NCBI GenBank assembly: GCA_947647735.1
Contig: CANSLJ010000002.1
Coordinates: 143,147-207,146 of the forward strand
Direction: 5' to 3'
Source: an uncultured bacterium
GTDB lineage: Bacteria; Bacillota; Clostridia; Lachnospirales; Lachnospiraceae
Length of the DNA stretch: 64,000 nt
In this document: in pieces, positions 38,966 to 48,984 of the stretch
Numbering within the stretch: the stretch's first letter is position 1
Layout of the letters: each line of letters starts with the position of its first letter
The notes under the pieces: model-generated
What the model saw: only the letters and a program-made list of their open reading frames with translations
The model's database searches: none
Told to the model about the DNA's origin: nothing
Made by a program: the position numbers and the translations under genes

Positions 38966-39472
38966 TCAGGATGCCGCCGTCTCCTCTTTTTCCTTTTCCT
39001 CCTGCCCCTCATTTTCACTGCAGGACGGCATATACTCCAGTATCCGCTGTTCCAGTCTGGCTCTGATGGGCAGAAGAAGGATGCAGATGATCATGGCATA
39101 TAATAAGGTAAGAAGCACCACGGAGATGATCGGTCCCAGAGTGGAAGGCTCCGCCATATTGTGAAGCAGCACCTCAAACTGCAGCATCATCACAAACACA
39201 CTGCTGTAGATCGACGTCTTCATCATAACCTCCACCGCCAGTTTCGCCCGCTTAAGCTCTAACAGCACAGCTTCCTTTTTCTTCCCGAACACAAAGCGGA
39301 ACGCATTGTTCAGATCCTTCAAAAGCCCCGCTGACAGCATGATCGGTATGATGAGCACCAGCAAAAAAATCAGACTCATGACATCCAAAAATTCCAGAAG
39401 ACCCATCGCCGACTGTGTCACCTCCACCAGCAAAAAACATAAAACAACAGCTAAAACAGATAATAAATACAT
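38966..39472 (-). CDS. Compact MotA/TolQ/ExbB-like membrane protein
   Basis: FLDVMSLIF and LHNMAEPSTLGPIISVVLLTLLYA resemble MotA TM2 and TM3-TM4. RBS AAGGAG. Confidence 0.6.
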   Translation of the reverse strand: MYLLSVLAVVLCFLLVEVTQSAMGLLEFLDVMSLIFLLVLIIPIMLSAGLLKDLNNAFRFVFGKKKEAVLLELKRAKLAVEVMMKTSIYSSVFVMMLQFEVLLHNMAEPSTLGPIISVVLLTLLYAMIICILLLPIRARLEQRILEYMPSCSENEGQEEKEKEETAAS

Positions 39473-39534
39473 AACCAGCTCTCCTTTTCCTTTTGATCTA
39501 TCTGATTATAAGCATACCACGCCCTGAAATACCA

Positions 39535-39550
39535 TACCACTAAAGTTGTA
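39535..39550. promoter_or_regulatory. 7-2-7 inverted repeat (NarL/LuxR-type box)
   Basis: TACCACT-AA-AGTTGTA, with a second CATACCAC half-site about 20 bp to the left. Confidence 0.5.
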
Positions 39551-39612
39551 TTTTCGCGGTAATTATGCTATGATGAGCCCAAAAGACAAGCAAACGTCCG
39601 GGAGACTGTATC

Positions 39613-41373
39613 ATGAACGAAATAACACAGAACAATAAAAGAAAACGCCTGCTCTGCATCCTGCTGCTCACCGGCAGCTTTCTTGCCGCCATGAAATGCA
39701 TTTTTATCGGCTACCAGATGGATGAGGGCTATGCCATCACCTTATCCTACCGGATGCTCCTGGGCGATAAAATGATCACTCACATCTGGGACCCCCATCA
39801 GACTTCCGCCTTCTTTTCCGCTTTTCTGATCTGGATCTACAGAGCGCTCTTCCATACCACCGCCGGCGTGGCGATCTGGCTCCGCGTGTGCGGCACCCTG
39901 ATCCACCTCGCACTCTCCTTTGGCGTCTACAAAGTATTATGCCGGTTTTTGTCACCGGAGTACAGTTTTTATCTCGGCATCCTTTATTTTAACCTTCTGC
40001 CGAAAGGTTATGTCACACCGGAGTTTTCCAACCTTCTGATCTGGTTTTTAACGTTGCTGCTGCTCGATCTGTTCCGGCTTAACAACAAAAAGAATCCTCT
40101 GATCGCAATAAGGTGCGGCTTCTGGATGTGCGGCATGGTATTATCCTACCCGTCCGCCGCTATACTTTTTCCCTTTTTTCTGTGGTATTTATGGAGACAG
40201 AGAGAATACGGAAAAAGAAGTGCCGGACTCTTTGCCGGAACCTGTCTGGTGAGCGGTATACTTTATGTTCTCCATCTGTTCACTTATATGACTTTTACGG
40301 AACTGCTTGACAATTTAAATTATATGATGATCGGAAACAGCGGGCATACCGAAGTTTCCCTTGCCGACCGCCTTTTTTCCTACGGAAAACAGTGCGGACA
40401 GGCACTGCTGATTCTTGCCGGATGTGGTGTCATCGTATGGCTTTTTATTGTAATCCGCAAATTATCTGCCAAAAACAATAAATATCAGACAGCGCAAACC
40501 AACAGCCATCCCACTTCGCAGGATGACCTTATGGTTGACAAAAAAGGCCGCCACCTGCTTTTCCTATACTTTACCGTGACAGCAGGAATTGCTTTTTCTG
40601 TTCTCTACCCGCTCCTCGTTCCGAAAGACAACAATTACTTTTTTATTTATGCTGTTTATTTTCTCCTGTTGATAGCCGCTTTTTTTCTCAACCGTAAAAC
40701 AACAGGAGAAAGCTATCCTGTCATCAGGCTCTGGCTTTTGAGCAGCGCACTGACCTTCGCCGCCGTTTTGATGCTGACGGACCTGACGATTTTTACCACG
40801 GTCCGCTATCTTCTTCCAGGCATTATCATGGGGCTCGCCGCCTTCCTTATTTATGCAAAACAGCACTCTCCGGTTGTTTATCAAAAATACGCCAGACTAC
40901 TGCTCCTCGCATGGTGTTTTTCCTCTATTTTCATCAAGGGATGGGAATACCGCGGAGATCAGGATCTTCCCCAGAATGTCACCCGGGTGAGGGGCATCAT
41001 ATCCGAAGGACCGGCAAAAGGCATTCTCGCCGAATACATGCAGTGTGTGATGCACGAAAGCCTCTATGCGGAAATGCAGCAATATATAGAACCCGGCTCC
41101 AGACTGCTTCTCATAGAAAACGACACCACCGGATATCTGTTTCAGGATGTGGAAGTCGCCTCCTACACCACCATATCCGATCCGAGATACAACGATATTC
41201 TGTTAAAATACTGGGAATTAAATCCGGAAAAATATCCCGATGTGATCGCCATCCCCTGCTGGTACGGGGAACTAACCTGGTATACCGATAACTGGGAAAC
41301 GCAGTGGACTGTCAATGAATATGGCGCCTCACAGATCATAGATGGCACTTATTACAGATATTATATCAGATAA
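39613..41373 (+). CDS. GT-C-like multi-pass membrane protein
   Basis: YQMDEGY after TM1, many TM helices, soluble C-terminal domain. Confidence 0.6.
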   Translation: MNEITQNNKRKRLLCILLLTGSFLAAMKCIFIGYQMDEGYAITLSYRMLLGDKMITHIWDPHQTSAFFSAFLIWIYRALFHTTAGVAIWLRVCGTLIHLALSFGVYKVLCRFLSPEYSFYLGILYFNLLPKGYVTPEFSNLLIWFLTLLLLDLFRLNNKKNPLIAIRCGFWMCGMVLSYPSAAILFPFFLWYLWRQREYGKRSAGLFAGTCLVSGILYVLHLFTYMTFTELLDNLNYMMIGNSGHTEVSLADRLFSYGKQCGQALLILAGCGVIVWLFIVIRKLSAKNNKYQTAQTNSHPTSQDDLMVDKKGRHLLFLYFTVTAGIAFSVLYPLLVPKDNNYFFIYAVYFLLLIAAFFLNRKTTGESYPVIRLWLLSSALTFAAVLMLTDLTIFTTVRYLLPGIIMGLAAFLIYAKQHSPVVYQKYARLLLLAWCFSSIFIKGWEYRGDQDLPQNVTRVRGIISEGPAKGILAEYMQCVMHESLYAEMQQYIEPGSRLLLIENDTTGYLFQDVEVASYTTISDPRYNDILLKYWELNPEKYPDVIAIPCWYGELTWYTDNWETQWTVNEYGASQIIDGTYYRYYIR

Positions 41374-41374
41374 C

Positions 41375-41403
41375 AAAACAGCAGGCCCATCACCTGCTGT
41401 TTT
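41375..41403. terminator. Bidirectional terminator
   Basis: AAAACAGCAGG-N7-CCTGCTGTTTT between convergent genes. Confidence 0.75.
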
Positions 41404-41415
41404 TATGCATCGTTA

Positions 41416-42735
41416 TTATATCCTCGCCAACACAAATATATCATAGATCGCCTTGATCGCCACCTCAAAGTCCTCATTCTTCACACCGATAATGATATTC
41501 AGCTCGGAAGAGCCCTGATCGATCATCTTGACATTGACATTGGCATGTGCGAGGGCAGAGAATATCCTGCCTGCCGTACCGCGGGAAGACTTCATGCTCC
41601 TGCCCACCACCGCAATCAGCGCAAGATCCGCCTCGATCTCGATATGATCCGGCTTTGCCATTCTGTTGATGGCGGAGACCACGGACTGCTCCTTGTGCAC
41701 AAATTCATCCTGATGTACCAGAATAGTCATCGTGTCAATACCGGAGGGCATATGTTCAAAGGAGATATCATTATCCTCAAAGGCCTGCAGCACTTTCCTC
41801 CCGAAACCGATCTCCGAGTTCATCATCTCCTTCTCCAGTATCACGGAACAAAAGCCCTTCTTGCCCGCTATACCGGTGATCGTGTACTTAGACTTCTGGC
41901 AGGTGCTGCCCACGATCCAGGTTCCCTCATCCTCCGGGAGATTGGTGTTGCGGATATTGATCGGAATGCCCTCTTTCCGCACCGGGAAGATCGCATCCTC
42001 ATGGAGCACCGACGCGCCCATGTAGGAGAGCTCCCGCAGTTCTTTGTAGGTGATCATCTCGATCCGCTCCGGCTTATAGATGATACGGGGATCCGCCACA
42101 AGAAAGCCCGACACATCGGTCCAGTTCTCATAGACGTCCACATGAGCCGCCCTCGCCACGATGGAACCCGTCACATCGGAACCGCCCCGGGAAAAAGTCT
42201 TCACCGTGCCGTCCTCTTTCGCGCCGTAAAAACCCGGGATCACCGCATAAGCTGTCTCCTCCAGTTTTTTGCTCAGGATCTTGTTGGTTGTTTCCGCATC
42301 AAATTCACCGCTCTCCTCAAAGCGGATCACTGTGGCGGCATCAATAAACTCATAGCCCAGATATTCCGCCATGATGATACCATTCAGATACTCGCCCCGG
42401 GAAGCCGCATAATCACTCCCCGCTTTGTTCTTAAAATTCTCCTCGATCGCCTGAAACTCCTTCTCCAGCGACAGTTCCAGATGAAGCCCGTTGATGATCT
42501 CCTGATAGCGGGCTTTGATCGCCGCAAACTCCTCCGCAAAGCTGCTCTCCGCCTCCGCCAGAGCATAGCATTCATAGAGCATATCCGTCACTTTGGTATC
42601 CTTGGAATGGCGTTTTCCCGGTGCGGAAGGCACCACATAACGCCTGTCCTTGTCCGCCCGGACAATATTTCCCGCTTTCTCAAACTGCTCCGCACTGGCA
42701 AGGGAACTCCCGCCGAATTTGACAACTTTTTTCAT
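41416..42735 (-). CDS. Aspartate kinase
   Basis: KFGGSS, SAPGK, FSRGGSDVTG, WTDVSG...DPR; ACT domains. Confidence 0.93.
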   Translation of the reverse strand: MKKVVKFGGSSLASAEQFEKAGNIVRADKDRRYVVPSAPGKRHSKDTKVTDMLYECYALAEAESSFAEEFAAIKARYQEIINGLHLELSLEKEFQAIEENFKNKAGSDYAASRGEYLNGIIMAEYLGYEFIDAATVIRFEESGEFDAETTNKILSKKLEETAYAVIPGFYGAKEDGTVKTFSRGGSDVTGSIVARAAHVDVYENWTDVSGFLVADPRIIYKPERIEMITYKELRELSYMGASVLHEDAIFPVRKEGIPINIRNTNLPEDEGTWIVGSTCQKSKYTITGIAGKKGFCSVILEKEMMNSEIGFGRKVLQAFEDNDISFEHMPSGIDTMTILVHQDEFVHKEQSVVSAINRMAKPDHIEIEADLALIAVVGRSMKSSRGTAGRIFSALAHANVNVKMIDQGSSELNIIIGVKNEDFEVAIKAIYDIFVLARI

Positions 42736-42750
42736 AACACACTCCTGTTT

Positions 42751-43950
42751 TTATTTTTCAAACAAATATCCCATGATCTCATGCCCCTTCGCGATAAAGG
42801 GACCATCCGCCGCTTCTCTCTCGTTATAAAGCCGCTCCGACCTCAAATCTTTCCTGCTGTCATAGAGCAGATAGGGCACATTGTCCGCCGTATGTGTTCT
42901 GACACGTATCGGCGTGGGGTGATCCGGCAGAATGAGCAGCCTGTAATCCTCTCCCGATGCGTCCATCGCCTCCACCACCGGGCGGATCACTCTCTGGTCA
43001 AGATACTCTATCGCCTGCACTTTTCTCTCCACACTGCCCTGATGCCCCATCTCATCCGGCGCTTCCACATGGATGTAGGCAAAATCATAGCCTTCTTTCA
43101 GCAGGCCGTCCACTGCCGCCTGTGCCTTTCCCTCATAGTTCGTATGCAGGCCGCCGTTTGCACCCTCAACCTGTGCCACGCCCATACCCGCTCCCACAGC
43201 GATTCCCTTCAGCAGATCCACCGCAGATATCATCAGGCCCTTTTTTCCTGTTTTTTCTTCAAAACCGGAAAGCATCGGCTTTGTGCCGGCTCCCCAGAAC
43301 CAGCAGCAGTTGGCGGGGCGCAGCCCCTGCTTCTTTCTCTCGATATTCATCGGATGCTCCGCCAGGATCTTATAGCTTTCCTCCATCATATGGCGAAGAT
43401 GCGCATCCTCCGGCAGATACTGCCCGATCTTCTGTCCCAGCACATCATGGGGCGGCACAAGTTCCACCACCTGCCCCTTATCCCAGATCAGACAATGCCT
43501 GTAGCTGGTGCCCACATAAAACTGCCAGGTTTCATCCTGCAGCTTTTCCTGCACAGCCCTGAGCAGCACGGCACAATCCTCCGTGCCGATCTCATCGGAA
43601 CTGTGGTCGATAATGGTCTTCTCCTCAAAGGGTACCTCGTCATCAGAGATCGTCACAATATTGCAACGGATTGCAATATCCGTATCCTTCATCGGCACCC
43701 CGATGGACAAAGCCTCCAAGGGAGAGCGCCCGGAATAATACTGTTTCGGATCATAACCGAGCACAGAAAGATTCGCCGTATCCGATCCCGGCTTCATGCC
43801 CTCCGGAATGGTATGTACCATACCCACCTCGCCCTTTTTGCTGAGCGCATCCATCATCTTTGTATCGGCATATTCCAGCGGAGTTTTCCCGCCGAGAGCC
43901 TCGATCGGCTCATCCGCCATGCCATCGCCTAAACAAACTATATATTTCAT
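42751..43950 (-). CDS. Cofactor-independent phosphoglycerate mutase-like protein (proposed homoserine kinase, TIGR02535-type)
   Basis: GDGMAD, GSDTANLS, HVEAPDEMGH, PDHPTP; lies between hom and ask. Confidence 0.85.
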   Translation of the reverse strand: MKYIVCLGDGMADEPIEALGGKTPLEYADTKMMDALSKKGEVGMVHTIPEGMKPGSDTANLSVLGYDPKQYYSGRSPLEALSIGVPMKDTDIAIRCNIVTISDDEVPFEEKTIIDHSSDEIGTEDCAVLLRAVQEKLQDETWQFYVGTSYRHCLIWDKGQVVELVPPHDVLGQKIGQYLPEDAHLRHMMEESYKILAEHPMNIERKKQGLRPANCCWFWGAGTKPMLSGFEEKTGKKGLMISAVDLLKGIAVGAGMGVAQVEGANGGLHTNYEGKAQAAVDGLLKEGYDFAYIHVEAPDEMGHQGSVERKVQAIEYLDQRVIRPVVEAMDASGEDYRLLILPDHPTPIRVRTHTADNVPYLLYDSRKDLRSERLYNEREAADGPFIAKGHEIMGYLFEK

Positions 43951-44067
43951 CTAAATCACCTATTCCAGTTCTGCATAAATACTACCAGTACACCCTGTCC
44001 TAAAACAATTTCCAGCCGCTCTGCGTCTGTAAATCGTTTTGTGCACTGTCCGTATTTATGCTGATTT

Positions 44068-45291
44068 TTAACCTTCGATCCGGATCCGTGAGATTGCCCC
44101 GTCCAGCTTCTCAAACTTCTCCGCAAATTCCCGCTCGCTCATCACCGGCGTGATAAACCCGTATTCCCCGGGAAGGCTCTCCAGAAATACCACTCTGCCG
44201 TTTCCGAACTCAGCCGCCGCCCTCGCCTCCGGCACCTTGTTCCTGTCAAGCCGCACGAAGAAACTCCGCCTCGAAGAAGGCAGATCCGCAAGCACGATCT
44301 TCTCCTCCTCCCAGTCTATCTGTAAATGGTTTCCCATAAAACGCGCCGCCTCGATCACATCCGCCGCCACCGCGCTTGCCGTGGGAAGTTTTCCGGCGCC
44401 GCTGCCGTAGTACATGGAATCCCCCAGCATATTCCCCTTTACAAAAACCGCGTTGAACACGCCGTTCACGCTGTAAAGCGGATTCTCCTGCCCGATCAGC
44501 ACAGGCGCCACCATGGCGAGATAGCCATCCTCCGTCAGCTTGCTCATGGCAAGAAGCTTTACGGTCCGCCCCATCTTCTTCGCATACAGAAAATCTTCCG
44601 TTGTCAGTTTTGTGATGCCTTCCGTATAGATATCCTGATAGTCCACGGTCTTCCCGCTCATCAGGGAGGAGAGGATCGCGATCTTCCTGCAGGCGTCATA
44701 CCCTTCCACATCCGCCTCCGGGTTCCGCTCCGCAAATCCCAGTTCCTGGGCTTCCTTCAACACTTCCGCGAACGCCGCCCCGTCTTTTTCCATCTTTGTC
44801 AGAATATAATTCGTCGTACCGTTCACGATACCGCTGATGTTTAAAATACTTTCCTGTTTTAAGGCATTATTCAAAGTCCGTATGATCGGGATCCCGCCGC
44901 CCACGCTGGCTTCAAAGAAATAATTGCACTGATGCTCCGCCGCGATCCGGATCAGTTCAGCGCCGTGGTTTGCCACCAGCTCCTTATTGGACGTGCAGAC
45001 ACTCTTTCCCGCCATCAGCGCCTTCTTTGTAAAGGTATAGGCAGGTTCATTTCCTCCCATGGTCTCGCAGACGATCTTCACCTCCGGATCGTTCACGATG
45101 ATATCCACATCGTGTACCAGCTTTTCCCGCACAGGGTCTCCCTCAAACTCCCGCAGGTCCAGCACATACTTTACATGCACGCCCTGTCCCACAGCCTTCT
45201 CGATCCTGTCCTGATTTTTTTCGATCACCTCCGCCACACCGCTGCCGATGTTGCCGTATCCGTATATTGCCGCCTCTATCATAGGAATCAA
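44068..45291 (-). CDS. hom: Homoserine dehydrogenase
   Basis: GYGNIG, EASVGGGIP, NGTTNYIL, GAGKLPTASAV. Confidence 0.93.
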   Translation of the reverse strand: MIPMIEAAIYGYGNIGSGVAEVIEKNQDRIEKAVGQGVHVKYVLDLREFEGDPVREKLVHDVDIIVNDPEVKIVCETMGGNEPAYTFTKKALMAGKSVCTSNKELVANHGAELIRIAAEHQCNYFFEASVGGGIPIIRTLNNALKQESILNISGIVNGTTNYILTKMEKDGAAFAEVLKEAQELGFAERNPEADVEGYDACRKIAILSSLMSGKTVDYQDIYTEGITKLTTEDFLYAKKMGRTVKLLAMSKLTEDGYLAMVAPVLIGQENPLYSVNGVFNAVFVKGNMLGDSMYYGSGAGKLPTASAVAADVIEAARFMGNHLQIDWEEEKIVLADLPSSRRSFFVRLDRNKVPEARAAAEFGNGRVVFLESLPGEYGFITPVMSEREFAEKFEKLDGAISRIRIEG

Positions 45292-45383
45292 CCATGCCTT
45301 TCTGTACTATATTGCCTGTTTTTGTCGCGAGTTATTTTACCACGAATGCGGTAAATATGCAAGAAAAAATACGAAGCAAACGC

Positions 45384-45420
45384 AGAAACGGCAAACCGTT
45401 CTTCCCGGTTTGCCGCTTCT
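45384..45420 (-). terminator. Terminator after nahK
   Basis: CGGCAAACCG-N7-CGGTTTGCCG. Confidence 0.65.
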
Positions 45421-45439
45421 ATTCACTTTTCTTTTCCCT

Positions 45440-46546
45440 TCATAAATAACTCTCCACGATCCCCTGCAGTACCTCCCACTTCTCCTCCATATCCTTCACC
45501 ATCTGAAACTGTGTCCTGCACCGGTCAAGGTTATGTTCGGGGCGGTGGACCTTATAGTAGTGGTCTCCCTCCAGATAATCAGCCAGAAAGCGCATGCCGC
45601 ACTCCAGCGTCATCAGTTTTGCCCCCATCGGCATCATCCGGATCTCCGTCTCCGTCAGAGAACCCTCGCACCCTTCTATATACCCTTTGGTAAACAAGGA
45701 AAACAGATCGATATCACAGGAGATCTTTGACAGATCCTTCTCGTCCTCCGCCCCTGTATTGGCGCCGAACCGGATGGAATCGCCGTAATCATACAGCGCA
45801 GATCCCGGCATCACCGTATCCAGGTCGATCACACAGATGCCCTTCCCTGTCTGATCGTCGATCATGATATTGTTCAGCTTTGTATCATTGTGGGTTACCC
45901 GCAGCGGGATCTCTCCATTCGAGAGCATATCGCAGAGCACATGGCAGTCCTTCTCCCGATCCAGCACAAACCGGATCTCCTCCTGTACTTCGGCGGCGCG
46001 TCCCATCACATCCTCCTCCAGCGCCTTCTTAAAGTTGGCAAGCCGGTCTACGGTATTGTGAAAATTCGGAATGGTCTCGTAGAGCGTTTCCGCCGGATAG
46101 TCCGCCAGCAGTTTCTGAAAATGTCCGAAGGACACCGCACTCTCGTAAAAATCCTTCGGCTCCTTCACCGCATCATAGCTGGTCGCCCCGTCAATAAACC
46201 CGTACATCCGCCAGTAAGTGCCATCCTCCTGCCTGCGATAGGAAGTACCATCCTTCGCCGGGATCACATGCAGCGCCTCCCGCTCCGGATCTCCGCCGCC
46301 CTCTGCAATCTTCTTTTGCAGAAACTCCGTCACCTTCACCACATTTTCCATCAGCTCCCAGGGCTTTTTGAAAATATCGTGGTTGATCCTCTGCAAAATA
46401 TACTTTTTATACTCGCTATTCGTTTTACATGTCAACAGGTAGGTATCATTGATATGCCCGCTCCCATGAGGCGCGGCACTCTCCACCACGCCTTCCATCG
46501 TAAACTGTTCCGCAATCTGAAATACTTCTCTTTCCTCTCTCCCCAT
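45440..46546 (-). CDS. nahK: N-acetylhexosamine 1-kinase (APH-fold)
   Basis: GHINDTY, LQRIN, HNDTKLNN, IDLDTVM; adjacent to the GH112 gene. Confidence 0.85.
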   Translation of the reverse strand: MGREEREVFQIAEQFTMEGVVESAAPHGSGHINDTYLLTCKTNSEYKKYILQRINHDIFKKPWELMENVVKVTEFLQKKIAEGGGDPEREALHVIPAKDGTSYRRQEDGTYWRMYGFIDGATSYDAVKEPKDFYESAVSFGHFQKLLADYPAETLYETIPNFHNTVDRLANFKKALEEDVMGRAAEVQEEIRFVLDREKDCHVLCDMLSNGEIPLRVTHNDTKLNNIMIDDQTGKGICVIDLDTVMPGSALYDYGDSIRFGANTGAEDEKDLSKISCDIDLFSLFTKGYIEGCEGSLTETEIRMMPMGAKLMTLECGMRFLADYLEGDHYYKVHRPEHNLDRCRTQFQMVKDMEEKWEVLQGIVESYL

Positions 46547-46560
46547 ACTTTCTCTTCTCC

Positions 46561-48732
46561 TTATATCTCATACCACCTGATCTCATTCGCCTCCAGATCC
46601 AGCGCAAAGCTCTCCCCGTCTCCCTTATACACCACGGTACTCTGGGGCTCATAAGTATTATTGACCACACAAAATTTCCCGTTCTTCACATAGGCGTGAA
46701 CATCCACCCGGCAATTAGCGGAGAACCACTGACAGAGCTGCCCCTCGCTGTGGGAACTCCAAAGCACGGCCCTGTACAGGATGCGGCTGTTCTCAAAGCT
46801 GTAAGGCAGGCCGGAAATATAGACCGAGCGCCCTTTTCCGTATTCCTTCACCGCCATCTGTACTTCTCTCTCCCGCTGCACTAAAACTTTCGTGCCCTCC
46901 AGCGCGTACATACTCTTCTTTCCCTCACCGAAGTCCACTTCTCCCTCGCAGTCCTCCAGGATAAAATGCTCACGGTCTTCTTCCCAGTTATATTTATCAT
47001 ACCCCAAGGTAAATCCCGTCTCCTTCTCCACGCCGAGCGCGGAAGCAAGCTGCAGGAAATGTCCCTGATGCTGATGCCCGGAAGGTTCCCCGATACCGAT
47101 AAAACCGCCGCCCTCGTAAATAAACTGCCGTATCCGGGAAGCAATATCCGCATCCTCCCAGACAGCACCGCCTGTATGCGCCGTATCCCCGTCTCCGATA
47201 TTGAAGATCACATCCACGTTCTCCAGAACCTGCGGATCTTCCTTTATATCGTCAAAAGATAAAAACACCACATCAAAGGGCGCTCCCGATAAAGCCTCGA
47301 TCACCCCCGCATAACTGTAGTTCTGCTTCTGATACAGAGCATGATGCACCATATGGCAGCCCCAGGATCGCATTTTCCCCCAACAGTTTAATACAGCCAC
47401 TCTCTTCTGGCAATAGCCTTCCGTCCCTCTGATATTCTCGTAGAGCTCTCTGAACTCCCCGCATACACTTTCCACATACTCCACAAATTCCGGGAACTGA
47501 CAGGCAAGCTTCAGATAGCCGCCGTAACCAATCCTGTCGATGGGCTTACGCAAAATAGCCCGGCGCGCCGTCACCCAGTTCTCCTTTGCCTCCCTCACCG
47601 GATCTGCGCCCTCATGGAACGTATCCGGGAAGAAATAAGGCAGAAAGCGCCCTTCCGTATATTTCACGCCCGGAATATCCGAGATCAGCCGCAGGGTGGA
47701 ACCGTTGCCCACCGAGCCGACCACCGCATCCAGCTCCGTCTTTTGAAACTCCTCCATAAAAGGCTCCGTGCCGATCCAGTGATCTCCTAGGAACATCATC
47801 GCTTCCTTCCCCAGCTCATGGGTAAGATCCACCATCTCACGCACCAGTCCCGCCACCTCACGGCGCTGGAACGCCATGAAATCCTGATACTCCCGGCTGG
47901 GCACCCGGTACTGGTTATTATAATACCCCTGATCGATGATATATTCCGGCCGGAAAGGATACCCCGCCTCCTTCTCAAACTTCTCCAGTATATAAGGAGA
48001 AACGGAAGCCGAATAGCCGTACCAGTCCACATACTTCTCCCGCTTTAACTCATCAAAGATCAGCGTAAACTGATGGAAAAATGTGGTATACCGGATCACA
48101 TCCACATAAGGATGCTCCTCCACAAACTTTCTCAAACGTTCCAGTGTATGGGCATGGGTCTTCGGCTGGCGCACGTCAAAAGTGATCTGATGCTCCACCC
48201 CCTGCCAGTCATTCACCACCGCATTATACATATGTACCGGATCCCAGATCAGATACGCCAGAAAACTCACCGTATATTCATGAAAAGGCACGGGCTCGCG
48301 CAGGATCACACAGCCCTTCTCCTCATCATACTCCCATCTCTCAGGCTCCACCGGCTCTCCGCTGCTCCGGTCCATCACTTCCCACCAGCGCTTGATATCA
48401 TCTCTGGTATTTACCATCAAAAGCTCTTCGCTGATCCCTTTCATCAGCGGGATCTCCAGAGGCTCCCTCTTCGCCGTATAAAACCCGGTCATGATGTAGC
48501 ACTGCTGCACCTCGTCCGGATTGGCACGCGCCCAGTCGTTATCCTTTCTGGTCGTATAGTAGGTGGAATATACTTTCGCATCCACCCCTTTTAAAGCCTC
48601 CGGGTAATCCGTACCGTCACAGTCACGGATCGCATCCGCCCCCCAGCGCGCAAGCAGTTCCAGAGTCTCCGGCACCACATCCACATCCGTGGGAATCGTC
48701 ACCCGGCCTCTGCTCTCTATCTTTTCAATCAT
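46561..48732 (-). CDS. lnpA: 1,3-beta-galactosyl-N-acetylhexosamine phosphorylase (GH112)
   Basis: WGADAIRDCDGT, MFLGDHWIGTEP, RFLPYFFPD, RIGYGGY. Confidence 0.93.
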   Translation of the reverse strand: MIEKIESRGRVTIPTDVDVVPETLELLARWGADAIRDCDGTDYPEALKGVDAKVYSTYYTTRKDNDWARANPDEVQQCYIMTGFYTAKREPLEIPLMKGISEELLMVNTRDDIKRWWEVMDRSSGEPVEPERWEYDEEKGCVILREPVPFHEYTVSFLAYLIWDPVHMYNAVVNDWQGVEHQITFDVRQPKTHAHTLERLRKFVEEHPYVDVIRYTTFFHQFTLIFDELKREKYVDWYGYSASVSPYILEKFEKEAGYPFRPEYIIDQGYYNNQYRVPSREYQDFMAFQRREVAGLVREMVDLTHELGKEAMMFLGDHWIGTEPFMEEFQKTELDAVVGSVGNGSTLRLISDIPGVKYTEGRFLPYFFPDTFHEGADPVREAKENWVTARRAILRKPIDRIGYGGYLKLACQFPEFVEYVESVCGEFRELYENIRGTEGYCQKRVAVLNCWGKMRSWGCHMVHHALYQKQNYSYAGVIEALSGAPFDVVFLSFDDIKEDPQVLENVDVIFNIGDGDTAHTGGAVWEDADIASRIRQFIYEGGGFIGIGEPSGHQHQGHFLQLASALGVEKETGFTLGYDKYNWEEDREHFILEDCEGEVDFGEGKKSMYALEGTKVLVQREREVQMAVKEYGKGRSVYISGLPYSFENSRILYRAVLWSSHSEGQLCQWFSANCRVDVHAYVKNGKFCVVNNTYEPQSTVVYKGDGESFALDLEANEIRWYEI

Positions 48733-48786
48733 TTTGCAGTACCTCTATCATCTGTCTCAAAATTTGTGTATTTCATCACTTCTCTG

Positions 48787-48975
48787 TCAGTCCTCAAACG
48801 CCTTATTATACACCAGAAGCGCCGTAAGAAGCAACACCAGGCCCACCAGCATCAGCACGAGCCCCGTCATCTTCCCTGTCATTTTCCAGCCGCCGTACAC
48901 AAGCGCCAGACCGGCTATAAAAAACACTGCCATAAGCGTAACCCGCAGGCTCGCATGTTCTTTCCAAAATTTCAT
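48787..48975 (-). CDS. Small two-TM membrane protein
   Basis: 62 aa, two hydrophobic helices, RBS, inside the operon. Confidence 0.65.
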   Translation of the reverse strand: MKFWKEHASLRVTLMAVFFIAGLALVYGGWKMTGKMTGLVLMLVGLVLLLTALLVYNKAFED

Positions 48976-48984
48976 ACTCTCACC

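Noticed and set aside
41545-43932. 795-aa + strand ORF
   Set aside because: Antisense shadow of ask and the iPGM-like gene; no recognisable motifs; expected from codon bias.
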